This document shows, piece by piece, positions 56,606 to 64,000 of a stretch of DNA of 64,000 nucleotides. Source of the stretch: Octopus vulgaris. Its lineage: Eukaryota. A program made the translations under genes and the position numbers. Each line of letters begins with the position of its first letter. The stretch's first letter is position 1. Under the pieces are notes generated by a model. It was given only the letters and a program-made list of their open reading frames with translations. It made no database searches and was not told where the DNA came from. Where the stretch lies: positions 47,864,001-47,928,000 of the forward strand of contig OX597829.1 of assembly GCA_951406725.2 (NCBI GenBank). Reading direction: 5' to 3'.

Positions 56606-57114
56606 ATGGGCTTTATAATATATAAATATATAATTAAAAGTCTTTCTTTGAAAAAAAAAAACATCGTAGTGATAGAGTTTCTAAAATAAAAATTAGAAAA
56701 AAATTGTCAAAAACCCCGAAAATCAGAAAAGATCGGGCTTATTAAATGTTGAGCCCTAATTAGAATTTCATTACGGTAATGTTGTGTACTTCTTACGATA
56801 ATTACACTAATTTTGAAAAAATTACTATTATGTTATTTTAGAGGGTCAGGCCAGTATTTAAAGCAAAGATACGAAGACAAGTTCTGGAGTCTGTGTGATA
56901 CAGAAAGTTTGTAAGATTTACATAATTTCCATAAACCAATCTTTACTTAAAACAAAAGACAAAATACCAATTATGGAAGATATGAAGAATCTTTTACCTT
57001 TATCGTGAAAATAAAGACTCAGAACAAGAGTTAGGAGAAATATATGGAACTTAAGGTTGTAAATGATTTGTTTAGTGAAAGTGACCTTTGTCTTTCTTTC
57101 TCTCTCTCCAACAC

Positions 57115-57145
<31 letters not shown>

Positions 57146-57155
57146 AACACACACA

Positions 57156-57236
<81 letters not shown>

Positions 57237-57907
57237 TAAATAAGAAAATTAAGAAAATGGATATAAATTTACGTACAGATGTTTTTATATACCCAATTCA
57301 CTGGTTTTAAATATGGAATTTTATTTCTGAAATTAAAGAACTGTGCATGGAAACAGCTGTAGGTAGAAATTTATATGTATGAATTTTAATGTCTTTAAAT
57401 AAAAACATCTGTTCGTAAATTTTCATCCATTTTCTTCATTTTCTTATTTAAAAAGGTTTATTTAAATACCTAAACGTCTCGGTGATAAACTAATATACTT
57501 TCTTTCCTCTGAACTGGTGAACTAGGATGCTCGCATCCCTTAAGGAACTTTAGTTCTTTGAATAATTAAATGAAATTATATATATATATATATCGCACAT
57601 ATATATACACAAACCGAGGTATGCATTTAAGTCTGTTATTTATTTAATTTTTCATATGTCCTGCCCGCCAAAGTTGGTTCTGGTGTTCGCTGAATTCTTC
57701 CTCTAGAGAATTTCCCTTGTAGTTTGATCGTTGATGATCTTCTTCTAGTATTCTGGCCGGCTACCTAGCAGGCCAGCCCTGCCAATATACACATATATTT
57801 GAATTTTCTCTGACTCCTCAGATTTTTTGAATGCTGGACTACTGGTTTTAAATTGATATTAAAATTAAAATTAATATTAATTTATCTCCCTCAATTTTTA
57901 AATATTT

Positions 57908-57961
<54 letters not shown>

Positions 57962-57965
<4 letters not shown>

Positions 57966-58170
57966 TAATCCAAACATGAAAACACAAAGAGAAAACACAA
58001 CAACGCGAGGACGTGGAACAAATATAGTATTATTGGACGCTCAGGAAGGAAGGGAAGAAGGAGGGTTTTACGTTTCGAGCGGAGCTCTTCGTCAGAAACA
58101 TAGGAAAAGGAAAGATCCAGAGAAGGGAAGACGGAGGGAAAAAATCGCCAACTGTACACACGCGGTCACA
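57962..58170 (-). mobile_element. Family H1 copy with canonical HHR at 58065-58099
   Basis: Nearly identical to 4708-4918; stem II GAGC tcc GCTC. Confidence 0.82.
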
Positions 58171-58171
58171 T

Positions 58172-58900
58172 ATATGAGGGGTACCCAAAAGAAACAGGAA
58201 TTTTGCAATATTATTTTATTCACTTAGTCTTACATGTTTACACATTTGTCGATTTCTAAGTATTCTTCATTTGGGGCAATGCATCGGTCCAGATGCGTTT
58301 TCCACTGTCCGAAGTAGTCCTGGAACTCTTGCGAAGTGATGCCTTTTAACGCCTCAGTCGTTTTTGTTTGTACTTGTTTCAGTCATTTGACTGCGGCCAT
58401 GCTGGAGCACCGCCTTTAGTCGAGAAAATCGACCCCGGGACTTATTCTTTGTAAGCCCAGTACTTATTCTATCGGTCTCTTTTGACGAACCGCTAAGTGA
58501 CGGGGACGTAAACACACCAGCATCGGTTGTCAAGCAATGCTAGGGGTACAAACACAGACACACAAACACACACACATACACATATATATATATACATATA
58601 TACGACAGGCTTCTTTCAGTTTCCGTCTACCAAATCCACTCACAAGGCATTGGTCGGCCCGGAGCTATAGCAGAAGACACTTGCCCAAGATGCCACGCAG
58701 TGGGACTGAACCCGGAACCATGTTGTTGGTTAGCAAGCTACTTACCACACAGCCACTCCTGCGCCTATATTTTTCTTTTTTTTTTTTTCATCTCTTCCAC
58801 ATCTGCAAAACGTTTTCTCTTTAAGACTTGTTTCATTCGAGGAATAAAAAAAGGCGCAGGGTTCAAGAACGTTTCCCATCACTTTTGAGTATCCCTCGTA
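58172..58900 (-). mobile_element. Deleted mariner with SINE S1 (58370-58766) inside
   Basis: TIR-like tatgaggggtacccaaaa / ttttgagtatccctcgta; minus-strand ALKGITSQEFQDYFGQWKTHLDRCI. Confidence 0.68.
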
Positions 58901-59010
58901 TATATATCAGCAATATCAGATCCAAGCACTGATTAGGCATAAGCGAACTTTAGTTTAGATAAAATATGTCTGTGACATATTTTAACTAATCTAAAGTTCG
59001 CTCACACAAA

Positions 59011-59047
<37 letters not shown>

Positions 59048-59048
59048 A

Positions 59049-59124
<76 letters not shown>

Positions 59125-59163
59125 TGTCTGTGAATGGATATGCGTGAATGAGTATCTATATCG

Positions 59164-59543
59164 TGGCATTCCGTCGGTTACGACGACGTGGGTTCCAGTT
59201 GATCCGATCAACAGAAGAGCCTGCTCGTGAAATTAACATGCAAGTGGCTGAGCACTCCACAGACAGGTGTACCTTTAACGTAGACCTCGGAGAGATTCAG
59301 CGTGACACAGTGTGTGGCAAGGTTGGCCCTTTGAAATACAGGTACAGCAGAAACAGGCAGAAAGAGTAAGAGAAAATTGTGGTGAAAGAGTACAGCAGGG
59401 TTCTCCACCACCCCCTGCCGGAGTCTCGTGGAGTTTTAGGTATTTTTGCTCAATAAACACTCACAACGTCCGGTCTGATAATCGAAACAGCAATCCTACG
59501 ACCGCGAGTTCGCTACCCTAACCACTGGACCATTGCACTCCCA
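59164..59543 (-). mobile_element. SINE S3 (diverged)
   Basis: Reverse complement of family. Confidence 0.8.
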
Positions 59544-60245
59544 CGTATCTATATATGTATGCGTGATATTGGGCATTTCTTTCGGAGATGTATTCTTTTC
59601 AGCAAAAGATGCAAACATTTTTACCTACGAAATCTCTTGAGATGTTCGTTCCTTCATTATTGCACTTGTGGCTAGGTATAAACCAATGAAGGTTGGTTGT
59701 TTGATCTCTTTTCTCTTGTCATTCATTCATTGATTAATACAAGTTCATATACAGGCGCTGACATGGTTGTGTGATAAGAAGTCTGCATTCCAACCACAGG
59801 ATTCCGGGTTCAGTCCCACTGAGTGACACCTTGGGCAAGTGTCTTCTCCTATAATTCGCAAGAGTCTTTTACTACAACACCGAGCCCACAAAACAAAACC
59901 TTTCGAGTGGTAAGCAAAAGCTTGTGTGTACTGTGTATGTGTGCGTGTGTGTGTGTGTGTGTGCGTGTGTGTGTGTGTGTGTCTGTGCCTGTGTGTCTGT
60001 GTGTCTGTGTGTTTTTGTGTTTGTGTCTGTCCCCACCAACGTTTGACTGCTGCTATTCATTTGTTTACACCCCGCCCCCGTAACTTAGCGGCAAAAGTGA
60101 CCGACAGATTAAGTAGCAATCTTTACGAAATATGTATAGGGGTCGATACGGTCGGGCGGTGCAACAGCATGGCTGCAGTCCAACGACTAAATCAAGTAAC
60201 GGGTATAAAAAAATAAAAAAGATATAGACATAAGATATAGACATA

Positions 60246-60648
60246 GGCGCAGGAGTGGCTGTGTGGTAAGTAGCTTGCTAACCAACCACATGGTTCCGGG
60301 TTCAGTCCCACTGCGTGGCATCTTGGGCAAGTGTCTTCTGCTATAGCCCCGGGCCGACCAATGCCTTGTGAGTGGATTTGGTAGACGGAAACTGAAAGAA
60401 GCCTGTCGTGTATATGTATATATATATGTGTGTGTATATGTCTGTGTGTCTGTGTTTGTCCCCCTGTGCTTGACAACCAATGCTGGTGTGTTTACGGCCC
60501 CGTCACTTAGCGGTTCGGCAAAAAGAGACCGATAGAATAAGTACTGGGCTTACAAAAGAATAAGTCCTGGGGTCGATTTGCTCGATTAAAGGCGGTGCTC
60601 CAGCATGGCCACAGTCAAATGACTGAAACAAGTAAAAGAGAAAAAAGA
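60246..60648 (+). mobile_element. SINE S1 with TSD-like AGATATAGACATA; older copy at 59753-60200
   Basis: Full copy. Confidence 0.87.
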
Positions 60649-60989
60649 TATAGACATAAGTATGTTCTTACTCGTATTGGACACGACAACACTGGGGAAC
60701 CAGGTTTTAGTCGATGAGCCCATCACATGTTTCAGAATATCTTTTACTTAATCATTGTTATAATTCTTATCAAATCTGTCCATCTGTAACATAAATTCTT
60801 GTTACGCTTGCAGGTCCCTCTCTTCTCTCTCATCTTCTCGTTCTCCCACTTTCCTATCTTGTTTCTCTCACACCAATCTCTTTCCTACTCTCACTCTTTG
60901 TCTCTCCCCCTTTCTTTTTCTCTCTCTATCTATCTATGTCTATCTATCTATCTACCTAACTATCCATTTATCCATCTATCTATCTAAGA

Positions 60990-61071
<82 letters not shown>

Positions 61072-61091
61072 ATATATATATATATATATAT

Positions 61092-61177
<86 letters not shown>

Positions 61178-61179
61178 CA

Positions 61180-61363
61180 AATATTTTCTTCTCTGTCTTC
61201 CCTCCTTGGGACCTTCCTTCTCCTTGTTTCCGACGAAGAGCTCCGCTCGAAACGTTAAACCCTCCTTCCCTTCTTTCCTGAGCGTCAATAATACTTTAAT
61301 TGTTCCACGTCCTGCGTTGCTGTGTTTTTTTCTCTTTTTTTCTGTGTTTTCTTGTTTGGATTA

Positions 61364-61367
<4 letters not shown>
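61180..61367 (+). mobile_element. Family H1 copy with HHR at 61226-61260 (core CCGACGA)
   Basis: Same motif and fixed 3' end in (TA)n. Confidence 0.75.
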
Positions 61368-61431
<64 letters not shown>

Positions 61432-62055
61432 CTATATCTATCTATTTATCTATCTCTATCTCCCTCCCCCTATATATATATGTGTGTGTGTGTATATGAA
61501 TGTATGTTTTTGTACATACACAAACACATGTTTCAGTACTATCTTTAAAATTATGAGCATTTATTCTCTCCCCCGCCTCACACACTTTCTGTCTCTTTCT
61601 TTCTCACACTCCTCTCCACCTATCTCTCTCCCTCCCTGCCTCCCTCCCTCCCTCCCCCTCTCTCTCTACCTCTGTATTTTTATGTATAATAACACTCATA
61701 TACACGTTCACACATACACATATAAGAATAGGACAACAGTATTTTGTTTGGATGTCTATTATGCATGTATGTATGCATATATGTATGTATGCATATTTGC
61801 ATATATGCATATGTGTGTGTAGTGTGTGTGCACAAACACATTTCTTATACACGATCGCTTAAGACGATTAGTTATTTTATTAATGTACGCAACCATTTAA
61901 AATAGAAAATTTTTTCTCTCTAAGTTGTTAGCCTTTATAACTTAACGAAATGTTTTTTACCGATCGTGTTGAGATATTCGTGTTTATCTGTCTACATATA
62001 TGTCCATAGACAGACACATAATTCTCATGTTCTTGAGAATTTAACTGTGTGTATG

Positions 62056-62086
<31 letters not shown>

Positions 62087-62301
62087 GGGGATGAGAGGGT
62101 GAGATAGATAGAGAGAGAAGGGGGATGAGAGGGAGAGAGGAGGAGAGAAAGAGAGAAAGAGAAGCTGAACAGAAAGAAAGCATAAAGATTCATATTTTTT
62201 TCTTCTAATGTAATAAGCTTCTTCTTTTAAAAGAGCTAGCTATATAATTTACCTACGTGTTTGTCTATCTATCTATCTGTCTATCTGTCTATCTGTCTAT
62301 C

Positions 62302-62380
<79 letters not shown>

Positions 62381-62690
62381 TTATTTACCTCTCTATTTAT
62401 CTATCTGCCTACCTATATGTCTGTCTGTCTGTCTATCTATTCATCTATCTATCTATCCATTTATCTATCTTTCTTTTTAACTGTCTATCTGTCTGTCTGT
62501 TTGTCTATCTATCTATCTATAGCGAGATAGAGGCACAAGTCTGGGCAAGGTTGTTTATGGGAGACCAGCAGTTGCCCATGCATACCAGCTTCCCTTCTCC
62601 ACGCCACTGATGTTATCCAAGGGAAAGGCAAAGGGGCCGATACAGCTTGGCACCTGTGATGTCGCAACTCATTTCTACAGCTGAGTTAAA

Positions 62691-62737
<47 letters not shown>

Positions 62738-62743
<6 letters not shown>

Positions 62744-63083
62744 ATTTAATAAATAAAACATATGCATACATACATACATATATGTACATACCTACATATA
62801 TATGTATATATACATGCATATATGAGTACAGGACACCACAAATAAACGTAGAACACAACGTGAAACGAAAACATAAAAACAAAACAAGGAAATGGACTTT
62901 TTTTAAACAACGAAAAAACAGAGTTTAAGAAAAGTCCGTTTCCTTGTTTTGTTTTTATGTTTTCATTTCACGTTGTGTTCTACGTTTATTTGTGGTGTCC
63001 TGTACTCATATATGCATGTATATATACATATATATGTAGGTATGTACATATATGTATGTATGCATATGTTTTATTTATTAAAT

Positions 63084-63089
<6 letters not shown>
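62738..63089. mobile_element. Fold-back repeat in (TA)n (arms of about 165 bp)
   Basis: 62738-62905 is the reverse complement of about 62924-63089. Confidence 0.8.
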
Positions 63090-63137
<48 letters not shown>

Positions 63138-63140
63138 GCA

Positions 63141-63305
63141 TATGACAGGCTTCTTTCAGTTTCCGTCTACCAAATGCACTCACAAGGCTTTGGTTGGCCC
63201 GAGGCTATAGTAGAAGACACTTGCCCAAGATGCCACGCAGTGGGACTGAATCCGGAACCATGTGGTTGGTATACAAGCTACTTACCACACAGCCACTCCT
63301 GCGCC
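63141..63305 (-). mobile_element. SINE S1, 5' half
   Basis: Matches family head. Confidence 0.8.
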
Positions 63306-63664
63306 TATATAAGTATACACGCAAGAAAGAATTAAGGAAAAGTAAGTATAATAATATTTAAAATAAAAAGACCATTTTTGAGAACAAAGCACATGCAGGT
63401 GTGTAACGTTATCTACTATCAAAGAGCGCATTGCCATTTTTCTGATGTGTTGTTTCGAAAGAGTAAATTTGGGGAATGCAAAACTGACTCTCTAAGAAAA
63501 TTGTCATTCAACTATTTTTCGCTAATGAGCGAATGGAGAAAACCTAGCTGGACAGTGCCAGTGAGTTGTCTAGGTTATTAGTGTATTAGATGAGAGCTTG
63601 AAGTAAAGCAGTGATAGATAAATAGAGAGACAGACAGACAGATAAAAAGAGAAACAGATAAATG

Positions 63665-63742
<78 letters not shown>

Positions 63743-63755
63743 CAGAAAGACAGAC

Positions 63756-63797
<42 letters not shown>

Positions 63798-63800
<3 letters not shown>

Positions 63801-64000
63801 CGGTGAGCTGGCAGAAACGTTAGCATGCCGGGCAAAATGCTTTGCGGTATCTCGTCTGCCGTTACGTTCTGAGTTCAAATTCCGCCGAGGTCGACTTTGC
63901 CTTTCATCCTTTCGGGGTCGATTAAATATGTACCAGTTACGCACTGGGGTCAATGTGATCGACTTAATCCGTTTGTCTGTCCTTGTGTGTCCTCTCTGTG
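63798..64000 (+). mobile_element. SINE S2 (runs off the window end)
   Basis: Matches family. Confidence 0.85.

Overview
Gene-free, extremely repeat-rich eukaryotic DNA with dense (TA)n/(TG)n/(TATG)n/(ATT)n microsatellites and a 100-N gap. The SINE mix and microsatellite load suggest a coleoid cephalopod such as Octopus (inference). I see no credible host protein-coding gene; nearly all ORFs in the track are microsatellite translations. Recognisable elements: four tRNA-headed SINE families, a 5'-truncated CR1-type LINE, Dong/R4-like RLE retrotransposon ends in (TAA)n, a decayed Chapaev3-like DNA transposon with a nested mariner, mariner and hAT remnants, and a Penelope GIY-YIG remnant. The main signal is about 25 minimal type I hammerhead ribozyme (HHR) motifs, read by eye, in roughly ten non-coding repeat families, most of them embedded in (TA)n. 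Several occur as tandem 360-560 bp units and as head-to-head fold-back insertions whose two 3' ends are offset. Some carry non-canonical cores (U6, C4, G3-C8, A3-U8), and one family has a tRNA-like Pol III head. This looks like a diverse set of Penelope-dependent, ribozyme-carrying non-autonomous retroelements (retrozyme-like). Coordinates were counted by hand and may be off by a few bases. No ribozyme activity is demonstrated.
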